Source: an uncultured Candidatus Saccharibacteria bacterium
GTDB taxonomy: Bacteria > Patescibacteriota > Minisyncoccia > Phycocordibacterales > PALSA-1337
Length of the DNA: 64,000 nt
NCBI GenBank assembly: GCA_964629235.1
Contig: CAZVQB010000001.1
Location: 4,431-68,430 of the forward strand
Reading direction: 5' to 3'
Position 1 is the first letter of the stretch; every line of letters starts with the position of its first letter. Under the pieces are notes generated by a model, which was not told the origin of the DNA, did not search any database, and saw only the letters and a program-made list of their open reading frames with translations. Shown piece after piece: positions 9,684-18,685 of this stretch. Made by a program: the position numbers and the translations under genes.

Positions 9684-11505
9684 GCTAGCAGTTTTTGTTG
9701 ATGGAGATTTTATACCATCATATGATGGTGCTTCTAACCGATTTCACTATTTATCTAGGTATTTATCAAAACAAGGTATTGACCTGACTATATTTCATGG
9801 GTATAGAGGTTGGTCTAATATCTCTTTAATAAAAAAAGAGCCCTTTAAGACATACGTTTTTCCGATAGATAATTACTACAATAATCTTGAATTAATAGCA
9901 TCAATTTTGATTAAGGAAGGAGTAAACATTATTCAATTTGATAATCTTGAACCAATTCTCTTACAGGGAATTAAATTATCAAAACTTACTGGCGCTAAAT
10001 TGGTTAGCGAGATGCATTATGTGGTAAGAAGTTTGGCGAAAAGATTAGGCGCAGATAATGAGAGGCTATCTGAGATAGAGAAAATAGAATATGAAGTTGG
10101 TAAAAATATTGATCATTTAATATGTCTGAGTGAGCAAGATAAACCGTCTTTGATTAAGTATTTAAATATAGATGCTGATAAAGTATCGGTTATTCCTAGC
10201 GGGGTAGATATTAATGAGATTAAATACTTTGTTTCAGATTTTAAATCCAGAAATATTGTTTTTCTGGGGAATCTATATTTCAAACCCAATGAGGATGCGG
10301 TTAGGATTATAAAGGAAAAAGTATATCCAAAATTAAAAGATCAAGGTTTTAAATTTACTGTTGGAGGTGATTGTCCTCCGGATATTCAAAAAGAATTAAC
10401 TGATAAAAATTTTACTTTCATAGGCACAGTTCCTAATCTTAATGATTTGTTTAAGAATGCAACTTTTGCTCTGGCCCCCATTTTTGAAGGAACTGGTATG
10501 CGTATTAAATTATTGAATTATTTAGCTGCTGGTATCCCTGTTATAACTACGTCGATTGCTACAAATGGCTTTAACCAAAAAGAAGCTTTTATTGTTGAAG
10601 ACGATGTCTCAAAATACGCAGACATTATTCTAGATTTAGTTAATGATAAGAGGAAATTAAAAAATGTATCTAAAAGAGGACATAAGATTATTAAGAAATT
10701 TTATGATTGGAAAATTGTTGCTAAAAGAACAATTAAGACTTATAAAAATATTTTAAAAGAAAGAAATGTAGAAAAATTTGGTAACCATAGTATATTGAAA
10801 ACTAAAGAACCGGTATGGCTCCAAGAAGCTGTTGCCAAGCAAAGATTTAAACAGATTAAGAATCCTAGTCTACCAAAAGATTTTTCATATTGTGTTATAG
10901 AAAATAATTATATTAAAGATTATACTCTTAAAAAAATAGTTGCTTTGGAAGGTATGCCTGGTGCAGGTAAGACTACTTTTATAAATAGTTATGTAAAAAA
11001 TAATGGTAATATAAAATTCTTACCACAACTAGAGATTAAAAATAGAAAGATTTTAGAGAGAGATAATTTGGAAACAACTAAAATGTTTTTGTCTGCTGAA
11101 AAAGAAAAAAGTGATCTTATTAATCAAATTGCAAAAGAAAATAAGGAAATTGTAATTGATCGAACATTTTTAACTACCTTGGCATATTGTTATGCTAGGT
11201 CGAAAAAACTTAAAAATGATGAATACTCAAAGTTGATAGAGTTTTATAATAAGATTAAAGAAGATATCACTTTCCCTACAAAATTAATTTTCTTAGATGT
11301 TGAGAATAAAAGGAGTCTAGAAAGGAGAAGGCGATTTGCTAATAACCCCGATTACTCTAATTGGTTTGATGAAGAATTTTTAAATCATATGCGCGAATTT
11401 TATAAAAAAGAAATATCCAAATTTATTAACATAAAAGTTGATTATGTCGATACAACAAGTATGTCTATAGAAGAAGTTAGCAATACATTAAAAGAAATTA
11501 TATGA
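9667..11505 (+). CDS. bifunctional protein: N-terminal GT4/GT1 glycosyltransferase fused to C-terminal P-loop (TMPK/dNK-like) kinase domain
   Basis: Residues ~1-360 carry the GT4 signature (GTGMRIKLLNYLAAGIPVITT). Residues ~420-612 carry a Walker A motif (VALEGMPGAGKTTF) and a DR(Y)-like motif (VIDRTFLTTLAYCY) typical of thymidylate/deoxynucleoside kinase folds. Confidence 0.6.
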   Translation: MKKKIKLAVFVDGDFIPSYDGASNRFHYLSRYLSKQGIDLTIFHGYRGWSNISLIKKEPFKTYVFPIDNYYNNLELIASILIKEGVNIIQFDNLEPILLQGIKLSKLTGAKLVSEMHYVVRSLAKRLGADNERLSEIEKIEYEVGKNIDHLICLSEQDKPSLIKYLNIDADKVSVIPSGVDINEIKYFVSDFKSRNIVFLGNLYFKPNEDAVRIIKEKVYPKLKDQGFKFTVGGDCPPDIQKELTDKNFTFIGTVPNLNDLFKNATFALAPIFEGTGMRIKLLNYLAAGIPVITTSIATNGFNQKEAFIVEDDVSKYADIILDLVNDKRKLKNVSKRGHKIIKKFYDWKIVAKRTIKTYKNILKERNVEKFGNHSILKTKEPVWLQEAVAKQRFKQIKNPSLPKDFSYCVIENNYIKDYTLKKIVALEGMPGAGKTTFINSYVKNNGNIKFLPQLEIKNRKILERDNLETTKMFLSAEKEKSDLINQIAKENKEIVIDRTFLTTLAYCYARSKKLKNDEYSKLIEFYNKIKEDITFPTKLIFLDVENKRSLERRRRFANNPDYSNWFDEEFLNHMREFYKKEISKFINIKVDYVDTTSMSIEEVSNTLKEII

Positions 11506-12401
11506 AAGATATAAGTGTTATTATTCCAACATACCAACATAAAGATAGAGACATTCATCTGGGACTACTTCTCGACACCCTCCTAGTTGAAAGTAATCTA
11601 AAATATATTAATGAAATCTTAATCATAGACAATGGGTGTGCTTTAGATGGAAGTTCATTTGAAACTCAAAGTGCAGAAATAAAAATAATTAAAGAGCCTT
11701 TATTAGGTTTAAATAATGCTAGAAATTGTGGAATTTCTAATGCTAGTGGATTTATATTTGCTTTTCTAGATGACGATGTAACTGTTTCTAAGGATTGGTC
11801 TAAAGGAATATATAATGGATATAACAATAGAGGTGTTTTATGTGTTGGTGGCTCCGTCTCGTTGGGTGAGTATAATCTGAAATTGCCAAATTGGTTATCT
11901 GATTATTTCAAAAGGTTTTTGTTTCCTCCGAATTTTCCAGAAAATTCTGGAATACTAAAATTGCCATATTATTTGATTGGTGCAAATATGTCTTTCAAAA
12001 AGGAGGTCTTTGATAAATTTGGTCTATTTAATTCAGAACTGGATCGTAAAGGCAATAATCTATTATCCAATGGAGATACTGAATTTATTATTAGATTACC
12101 CACACAGTCTATATGGTATTCAGATGAAGCTCGAGTATCTACAATTGTAAAAATAGATAGATTTACCAGATTTTTTATGATTAAAAGATTATTTTGGCAA
12201 GGAATATCAGACTATATTATGGTTAAAGAAAATGGTACTTCTAATTTCTATGATAAGAATGAGATATTTTTCAGTAATAAATTTTTAAAGATATTTTTTC
12301 ATAAATTAGTCACACTCAAACTTTTTGAAGTTTTTTGTATTGTAGTTAGAATTGTGGGATTTCGTATGGGAATTTTTTATATTAAAGAAAAGAGGGGGTA
12401 G
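11502..12401 (+). CDS. glycosyltransferase family 2
   Basis: GT2 motifs ISVIIPTYQH, DNGC and FLDDDV. Confidence 0.65.
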   Translation: MKDISVIIPTYQHKDRDIHLGLLLDTLLVESNLKYINEILIIDNGCALDGSSFETQSAEIKIIKEPLLGLNNARNCGISNASGFIFAFLDDDVTVSKDWSKGIYNGYNNRGVLCVGGSVSLGEYNLKLPNWLSDYFKRFLFPPNFPENSGILKLPYYLIGANMSFKKEVFDKFGLFNSELDRKGNNLLSNGDTEFIIRLPTQSIWYSDEARVSTIVKIDRFTRFFMIKRLFWQGISDYIMVKENGTSNFYDKNEIFFSNKFLKIFFHKLVTLKLFEVFCIVVRIVGFRMGIFYIKEKRG

Positions 12402-12419
12402 AATCTTTCTACCCCCTCT
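12391..12419. terminator. perfect 12-bp palindrome hairpin spanning both convergent stop codons (bidirectional terminator candidate)
   Basis: AGAGGGGGTAGA-atctt-TCTACCCCCTCT. The left arm encodes the ...KRG* end of GT2 and the right arm (reverse complement) encodes the ...KRG* end of the TMPK-like gene. Confidence 0.6.
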
Positions 12420-12972
12420 TGATGATCTTGAGTATTTCGTTGACGGCGTTTTGAGGACCATCGACGGTATCGTCAATATGGTGTTGTATTCGTTTTTTAA
12501 ATTCCACAAGGCACCGACGCTCCATCTCTTGTCGAAGATTGAATTTCTCCATGTCCTTGACTGGTCCACCACGGCTGTAAAGTCGTTGTTGTCGCTTTTC
12601 TTCGTCACAAACTATCAGGAAAACATAGTCCGGCATGCGACAAAGGTGCTCGAAAGTTTCCTTGATATCGAGCCCATACACTGTGTGATAGCATATAGTC
12701 GACCAGATGTACTTATCACAGACAACGCTTTGGGTTTCCAGGGTCCTGCTAATCTCCCAGGAGGCATGTGCCACCGAAGAGAGATAAAACAAAAATCTGG
12801 ATCCTAGCGAAAGCCTGAGATCAGCCTCTTCCCGCATCTTACTGAATGGTGCGGGGGGAGTGGCGTAGTACTTGGCTGGTAGTTGTTGAGCCAACATCTT
12901 GGAAACTTCCGTCTTGCCGCTACCAGAAATACCTTCGATCACAATGAACAAGTTTGGATTTTTCTGATCCAT
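12409..12972 (-). CDS. thymidylate-kinase-like P-loop nucleotide kinase (GC-rich, likely horizontally acquired)
   Basis: Walker A motif FIVIEGISGSGKTEV and a DRY-equivalent CDKYIW; 187 aa. Local GC is roughly 45-48% against ~30% in neighbouring genes. Confidence 0.55.
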   Translation of the reverse strand: MDQKNPNLFIVIEGISGSGKTEVSKMLAQQLPAKYYATPPAPFSKMREEADLRLSLGSRFLFYLSSVAHASWEISRTLETQSVVCDKYIWSTICYHTVYGLDIKETFEHLCRMPDYVFLIVCDEEKRQQRLYSRGGPVKDMEKFNLRQEMERRCLVEFKKRIQHHIDDTVDGPQNAVNEILKIIKRG

Positions 12973-13039
12973 TTCATACTCCTTTCTGGTTAGGTGTCTT
13001 CCATAACTATATAACTAATATAGTTATGTGTCAATTTTA

Positions 13040-13555
13040 TTAAAAATAAGATTCTAACTTTTTTGTTAAATCGTATAGTTGATCTTTCCCAGCTAGTCCT
13101 TCGCAGTGTTCAAGAAATGTTCTAATGCTAGTAATATATTTGTCGTTATTAACGAACTTAGGAAACAGATGCTGTTCATTTCTTGCGTATATTTTTATAA
13201 AATTTCTCATATGGGAGGTAAAATCAGCCATCTTTATTAATTTACCGCCATTAGATATGGTTTTGATCCCTTCGTAATATTTAAGTTTTTGTTGTTCGTT
13301 ATAGTTTTTAGGGTGAGATACTTCTTGAACCATATCTGCTACTTCTCTTGAAAAATTTTCGGTTATTTCTTCATATGTTGCTGAAGTGTCTTCGAGCGTA
13401 TCGTGCAGTAATCCAGCTATTAAGACAGTTTCATCTTGGACTTCAAATTCATCTCTTAAAATTTGAAATACATCTAGAAAGTGATTCTTTTTGCTGATTT
13501 CTTCGAATTTTTTTGTTGCATATTCTTTTGCTAATTCTATTTTTGTGTGGTCCAT
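13040..13555 (-). CDS. HD-domain phosphohydrolase of RelA/SpoT type (small alarmone hydrolase-like)
   Basis: Motif IAGLLHDTLEDTSATYEEI matches the ppGpp-hydrolase HD signature (AALLHDvvEDT); 171 aa with no synthetase domain. Confidence 0.55.
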   Translation of the reverse strand: MDHTKIELAKEYATKKFEEISKKNHFLDVFQILRDEFEVQDETVLIAGLLHDTLEDTSATYEEITENFSREVADMVQEVSHPKNYNEQQKLKYYEGIKTISNGGKLIKMADFTSHMRNFIKIYARNEQHLFPKFVNNDKYITSIRTFLEHCEGLAGKDQLYDLTKKLESYF

Positions 13556-13605
13556 ATAATTTATATTGATTGTTTTTTTAAGATATTTTAACTATTATAT
13601 GAGTT

Positions 13606-14385
13606 ATGTCAGATATAGTAAATATATATAGGAAAAATACCACAAATACTGGAGATAAGTTTTCTACTCCAACAAAATATTTTGATTTTTTGAAAGATGT
13701 TGAAACTTTAGATTTCACTGAATTACCCAGAGAAGAGTTGGCTAAATATATAAAAGATAAGATTGTCATATTTGGCGGGGGTGGCTTTCTAGAACAAGAA
13801 TATTTTAAAGAATATATGAAGACTTTATTAGGAGCTGATACGAAAATGCTAGTTGGTTGGGGGGTAGGACATAACATTCATGGAGTTTCAGATGTACTGT
13901 TTAATTCTTATGATTACAAAAAAGAATTTGATCTGCTGGGTGTTAGAGACAGTGTTTCAGAAATGGATTGGGTTCCTTGTTCTAGTTGTATGCATGATGC
14001 ATTTGATAAAAAATATGAAATAAAAAATAAAATTGCAATTTATGAACATAAAAACTTTCCACTAAGAAGAATGAATCAGGATTTCCCAAAAATGAAAAAT
14101 GGGGATTCTTTCGAGGAGATTATAGAGTTTTTAGGTAGTGCAGAACTTGTCGTTACTAATAGTTATCATGGTGCTTATTGGGCAACCTTACTAGGGCGCA
14201 GGGTCATCGTCATGCAACCATTTTCTTCTAAATTTTTTAGTTTTAAACACCCATTAGTTGTTGCTAATAATTTTGATGTAAAAAATATTGAAAATATGCC
14301 GATGTATCCGAACGCTTTGGAAGAGGCAAGGGAAGCAAATCTATTATTTTCCGAGAAGGTTTCCCAATTGTTAAAACTAAGTTAG
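13606..14385 (+). CDS. polysaccharide pyruvyl transferase-like protein
   Basis: GGGGFL near the N-terminus and VTNSYHGAYWATLLGRRVIV near the C-terminus resemble PS_pyruv_trans (CsaB/WcaK) motifs. The assignment is weak. Confidence 0.4.
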   Translation: MSDIVNIYRKNTTNTGDKFSTPTKYFDFLKDVETLDFTELPREELAKYIKDKIVIFGGGGFLEQEYFKEYMKTLLGADTKMLVGWGVGHNIHGVSDVLFNSYDYKKEFDLLGVRDSVSEMDWVPCSSCMHDAFDKKYEIKNKIAIYEHKNFPLRRMNQDFPKMKNGDSFEEIIEFLGSAELVVTNSYHGAYWATLLGRRVIVMQPFSSKFFSFKHPLVVANNFDVKNIENMPMYPNALEEAREANLLFSEKVSQLLKLS

Positions 14386-14394
14386 TAAAACGGA

Positions 14395-15129
14395 ATGAAA
14401 ATAATTTCTCTAAATACTTGGGGTGGTCGAGTAAAGGAACCTTTTATTGACTTTGTAAAGAAGTACAACAATACAGATATATTTTGTTTTCAGGAAATAT
14501 ATGACAATGCCGAAGAAATAATGAAGAGGCATTATCCGGAAGATTCTTTTAATATATTTAGTGAACTTAAAGAATTACTACCTAATCACAATGGTTTCTT
14601 TCGACCAGTTCTACAAGGAGTATACGGTTTGGCTATTTTTATTAAAAAGGAGATTCTTCTTTTGGAGGAGGGTGAAATTTTCATCCATCGTTCTGATAGT
14701 AAATTAGTAACAGATGGACATCATTCAAGAAATCTTCAATGGGTTAAATTTAGTTTTAAAAATGAACTATTTACTGTTATGAACGTACACGGATTATGGA
14801 ATGGAAAAGGTAAAACAGATACTCCAGAAAGAATTGCACAATCAAACTTGATAAAGGAGTTTGTTAATAAAGCAGAAGGTAAGAAAATATTGGTAGGAGA
14901 TTTTAACCTAAATCCTGATACTGAAAGTGTTAGGATTTTGGCAAAAGATATGAAAAATCTCATAGAAGAATATTCAATAGTTTCAACTCGTACCAGTCTG
15001 TACAAAAGACCTGGTAAATTTGCAGATTATATTTTTGTTTCTCCTGATGTCGATGTGAATAATTTTACAGTATTACCAGACGAGGTTTCTGACCACGCCG
15101 CTCTTTCTTTAGAGCTAAAATTGGTTTAA
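14395..15129 (+). CDS. endonuclease/exonuclease/phosphatase (EEP) family protein
   Basis: ISLNTWGG N-terminus, VGDFNLNPD and C-terminal SDHAALSLEL match EEP catalytic motifs. Confidence 0.65.
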   Translation: MKIISLNTWGGRVKEPFIDFVKKYNNTDIFCFQEIYDNAEEIMKRHYPEDSFNIFSELKELLPNHNGFFRPVLQGVYGLAIFIKKEILLLEEGEIFIHRSDSKLVTDGHHSRNLQWVKFSFKNELFTVMNVHGLWNGKGKTDTPERIAQSNLIKEFVNKAEGKKILVGDFNLNPDTESVRILAKDMKNLIEEYSIVSTRTSLYKRPGKFADYIFVSPDVDVNNFTVLPDEVSDHAALSLELKLV

Positions 15130-15170
15130 ACTTCGTACTATACAGTCAGCAAATAAGTTATACTCTAAAT

Positions 15171-15608
15171 ATGAAAAATTTACCTTCAGAAATTCTTGAA
15201 TATCTTAAGACCCAACGAATTGGAGTTTTTGCAATTGAGATGTTGGACGGCTCACCTCATGCTGCAACTGTACACTTTGCACATGCAGAAAATCCATTTC
15301 AATTTTACATCGAGACTGGCATCAATTGTAGAAAAAGTGAACCACTTTTAAAAAATAGTTCTGCGCGGGCGACACTTGTTATCGGTACTGATGAGAATAA
15401 TATGAAGACTCTACAAATGGACGGAATTGCACGTATTGTTAAAGATTCAGAAAACGATTTCTTTATAGACACTTATCTTAAAAAATTTCCAAGCAAAGAA
15501 GGTAAAGTAAAAGATCCTGAAGCAGTTTACATTATTTTTACTCCTACGTGGTATCGATTCACTGACTGGAAAACTTCAGAAGGGAAGAAGATTTGGATTT
15601 CGAACTAG
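15171..15608 (+). CDS. pyridoxamine 5-prime-phosphate oxidase-like FMN-binding split-barrel protein
   Basis: General-stress-protein-26/PNPOx-like pattern (RIGVFAIEMLDGSPHAATVHFA...YIETG). Confidence 0.4.
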   Translation: MKNLPSEILEYLKTQRIGVFAIEMLDGSPHAATVHFAHAENPFQFYIETGINCRKSEPLLKNSSARATLVIGTDENNMKTLQMDGIARIVKDSENDFFIDTYLKKFPSKEGKVKDPEAVYIIFTPTWYRFTDWKTSEGKKIWISN

Positions 15609-15675
15609 GTTCTAGCTTATTAAACATTTTTGCAATATAATAAAAATAGAAACCATATTCTAAAGGATTCACCAA

Positions 15676-15837
15676 ATGAAAAAAGCTCTTACTGCTATCG
15701 GGATGTTGTATGTTCTTGTTGGTATGTTCATTGCAACCGATCTCAACCCTTTGCTTTACTGGAGCTGGTATCGTAACGGTGTGAACGAGTTGCTCAATAC
15801 CATGTTTAGTATTTATCCAGCATTACCACTTCTGTAG
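15676..15837 (+). CDS. small (53 aa) hydrophobic membrane peptide
   Basis: MKKALTAIGMLYVLVGMFIATDLNPLLYWSWYRNG... with an AGGA-like RBS upstream and a terminator hairpin (aaaccacc...ggtggttttt) ~90 nt downstream. It is below the ORF-track size cutoff. Confidence 0.3.
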   Translation: MKKALTAIGMLYVLVGMFIATDLNPLLYWSWYRNGVNELLNTMFSIYPALPLL

Positions 15838-15970
15838 CTCATATCGATATTCATTGTCGCGAATATCGTGACATTCTCAAAAGAAGTAAAGCGATTAATA
15901 CTTACTTAAAATGCGATAGAATTAAACCACCCCGCATAAACTGAGGTGGTTTTTCTGTTATAATTACCGC

Positions 15971-16429
15971 ATGCAAAAAATTCATTTTTCAATACAAATA
16001 AACGCTAAAAAGGAAAAGGTGTGGGATATTATGTTAAATGACACAACATACAGAGAATGGACGAAACCTTTTCATGAAGGTTCGTATTACAAGGGAGACT
16101 GGAGTGAAGGATCAAAGATGCTTTTCTTAGGCCCAGATGAGACAGGTAAAAAAGAGGGAGGTATGGTTAGTAGAATAAAAGAGAATCGTAAATATGAATT
16201 TATTTCTGTTGAACATTTAGGTTTCGTGATGGATGGCATTGAAGATACAACAAGTGAAGATGTTAAAAAATGGACCCCTGCTTTCGAGAATTATACATTT
16301 ATAGATAAGGGCGGTGGTACAGAATTAAATATTGATATGGAAGTAGCAAATGATGAATTTAAAACTATGTTTGAAGAAACATGGCCAAAAGCGCTTTTGG
16401 AATTAAAAAGGGTTGTAGAAAGATCATAA
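15971..16429 (+). CDS. SRPBCC/AHSA1-domain protein (activator of Hsp90 ATPase homolog-like)
   Basis: N-terminal IHFSIQINAKKEKVWDIMLNDTTYREWT is typical of AHSA1/START-like SRPBCC proteins. Confidence 0.55.
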   Translation: MQKIHFSIQINAKKEKVWDIMLNDTTYREWTKPFHEGSYYKGDWSEGSKMLFLGPDETGKKEGGMVSRIKENRKYEFISVEHLGFVMDGIEDTTSEDVKKWTPAFENYTFIDKGGGTELNIDMEVANDEFKTMFEETWPKALLELKRVVERS

Positions 16430-16539
16430 TGTAGTTTCACAATAAAAAATATAAACACACTTTGACTAGTGTGTTTTAATATGGTATTTTATGTATGAAT
16501 TTTTAGTTCTTCAGACATAAACCCATAGAAAAACTTACA

Positions 16540-17256
16540 ATGACGACAAGTGAACTCAGTTGGAACAAGGTTTCGTTTTTGGCCAAACTGCAGTTATATT
16601 TCAAATCAACGAATGACTTTAAAATGAAGGTATGGTCAGCAAATATTCTTGAACGTGCCGAAGCCTATTCCGCACTGTCTAGTTGCTATTATAGTATAGT
16701 TGGAACTGGAATAGCACATTTCAAAAACATCTTCAGAGATGATTGGAAATTTTTCTTATTTCCAGTGCTGACTGTGATTTGGTTTTTAACATGGTTTCCA
16801 TTAGTGCTTGGATGTTATATAAATATGCTTCGCTATTCGAACCAGGTAGTGAAGCTTATTGGTTACGACACCATGACAGTTGATCAGCTTGATATTCGAC
16901 AGAGTATACTACGTTGTACCTTTCAATATAAAGAGGCGAAATCTTGTATATATTTAGCACTTAAGAAAAATCCTGAAAAACCACATACAAGAGGATTGCT
17001 AAATGTTGGACTTGCAGAAATCCTTATAAAAGATGGTGATAGGATGAGCGCGAAATTTGAGTTGGCGCGTGCTGTAACTGAAGCCAAAGTTTCAGAAGAA
17101 GATAATCCCCAACAAGCTGTGCGTATTTACAGACATTGCGCAAGATTATACTTCAGACTTAATGATAACTTCATAATAGATGGGGAACTTTGTCTTCATA
17201 AAGCAAGAACTATTGCTTTAAAAATTGAAGCCATGGACCAAGTGATCAAAATGTAA
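16540..17256 (+). CDS. hypothetical membrane protein
   Basis: 238 aa with central hydrophobic helices (FFLFPVLTVIWFLTWFPLVLGCYI). It is followed by a strong terminator at 17261-17294. Confidence 0.3.
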   Translation: MTTSELSWNKVSFLAKLQLYFKSTNDFKMKVWSANILERAEAYSALSSCYYSIVGTGIAHFKNIFRDDWKFFLFPVLTVIWFLTWFPLVLGCYINMLRYSNQVVKLIGYDTMTVDQLDIRQSILRCTFQYKEAKSCIYLALKKNPEKPHTRGLLNVGLAEILIKDGDRMSAKFELARAVTEAKVSEEDNPQQAVRIYRHCARLYFRLNDNFIIDGELCLHKARTIALKIEAMDQVIKM

Positions 17257-17260
17257 ATCT

Positions 17261-17294
17261 CGCCTCGTGTTTTATACACGGGGCGGTTTTTTTA
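17261..17294 (+). terminator. intrinsic terminator
   Basis: cgcctcgtg-ttttata-cacggggcg + T7. Confidence 0.7.
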
Positions 17295-17330
17295 TTTTGT
17301 TTATATTTTAAAGCATTATAGAATAGCAAT

Positions 17331-17813
17331 ATGAATACAATACCCAAAAATACAATTTGTTTATGGTTTGATAAAGATGCAGAAGAAGCAGCAAATTTTT
17401 ATGCTTCTGTTTTTCCTGATAGTAAAGTAAATGCAATTTTTCGTGCGCCAGATGATTTCCCAGGTGGAAAGAAAGGTGATGTACTCACGGTAGATTTTAC
17501 CGTTTGCGGAATTCCTTGTATTGGTTTAAATGGTGGACCGATTTTTCCACACAGCGAAGCCTTTTCTTTTCAAATAGCTACTGACAATCAAGAGGAGACT
17601 GATAGATATTGGAATGCAATAGTATCAAATGGAGGAAAAGAGAGTGAATGCGGTTGGTGCAAGGATAAATACGGTATATCTTGGCAGATAACACCGAGAA
17701 CTCTAATTGAAGCGTTGGCAATAGGTGGTAGTGAAGCTGAACGGGCCTTTAAAGCAATGATGACTATGAGTAAAATCGATGTGGCGGTTATAGATAAAGC
17801 TAGGAGAGGGTAG
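17331..17813 (+). CDS. PhnB-like VOC-family protein (3-demethylubiquinone-9 3-methyltransferase domain)
   Basis: N-terminus ICLWFDKDAEEAANFYASVFPDS matches the PF06983 signature. Confidence 0.6.
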   Translation: MNTIPKNTICLWFDKDAEEAANFYASVFPDSKVNAIFRAPDDFPGGKKGDVLTVDFTVCGIPCIGLNGGPIFPHSEAFSFQIATDNQEETDRYWNAIVSNGGKESECGWCKDKYGISWQITPRTLIEALAIGGSEAERAFKAMMTMSKIDVAVIDKARRG

Positions 17814-17868
17814 ATTTGTAACAAGATCGATACTTGAATAATGTCACCACTTGATATAACCTAGCGTA

Positions 17869-18615
17869 ATGATAAGCAGTCTTTCGTCTATACAAAACAA
17901 TATCATTTCAAAGTTGAAGAATTCTAAGTCCCTTAGATATAGCGAGCTTCAACCAAGAGATATTCCAAATGATCTTTTTAACTATCATTTGCAACATTTA
18001 GTTAAAAAAGAGCTAATAATAAAAAATCCAAAAGGTTATTCGCTTTCAGAAAGAGGAATCAGATATGTAGCAGACCCATATCCGAATAACAATGTAATCT
18101 CGAGCCTCTTTAAAGTAAATGTTATAACTATTGTTTCTAGAGTCAGAAATGGAAAAATTGAAATATTAAACCAAATTAGAAAATCAAATCCATCATTCGG
18201 TAAGGTTGGAGTAATGGGAGGTGTTGTTTTAAAGGGAGAGCTTATAGAGGACGCAGCAAAAAGAAAGTTTAAACAAGAAACAGGGTTGGATGCGAAATTT
18301 AAACATATTGGAACAGAACGTAGAATCATGTATAAAAATGGAGAATTATTTTCAGATTTACTTTTCCCTATAATGTATTCAAGAAGATATACTGGCGAGT
18401 TGTTGGTCGATTCTGATTTTGGTCATAATATGTGGGTTTCAATAAATCAAGCAATTGAAAACGAATCTGGTGAATTCGATTCAATACGAAGTATAAATAT
18501 CGTTCTAAAATCAATTAAAAATAATAAAATTAAAAATTTGCCAATCTTTTTTAAAGAAGAAATTCAAAGTGACAATATAGAGAATAATAAAAATGATACA
18601 TTGTCTACCGAATAG
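17869..18615 (+). CDS. winged-helix (N-terminal) + NUDIX (C-terminal) fusion protein
   Basis: The N-terminal ~70 aa have a wHTH pattern (LFNYHLQHLVKKELIIKNPKGYSLSERG). A Nudix-like box GGVVLKGELIEDAAKRKFKQETGL follows. Confidence 0.45.
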   Translation: MISSLSSIQNNIISKLKNSKSLRYSELQPRDIPNDLFNYHLQHLVKKELIIKNPKGYSLSERGIRYVADPYPNNNVISSLFKVNVITIVSRVRNGKIEILNQIRKSNPSFGKVGVMGGVVLKGELIEDAAKRKFKQETGLDAKFKHIGTERRIMYKNGELFSDLLFPIMYSRRYTGELLVDSDFGHNMWVSINQAIENESGEFDSIRSINIVLKSIKNNKIKNLPIFFKEEIQSDNIENNKNDTLSTE

Positions 18616-18685
18616 ACACTCTCTTTTTTATTTTTTATGAAAAGTAAATAATACTATCGGACTCATTAAGTCTTTAATAAATATT

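Noticed and set aside
12306-12807. ORF-track ORFs 12306..12608(-) and 12352..12807(+) overlapping the TMPK-like gene.
   Set aside because: No motifs. They lie in alternative frames of a GC-rich gene, where spurious open frames are common. The P-loop-containing minus-strand frame (12409..12972) is the coherent one.
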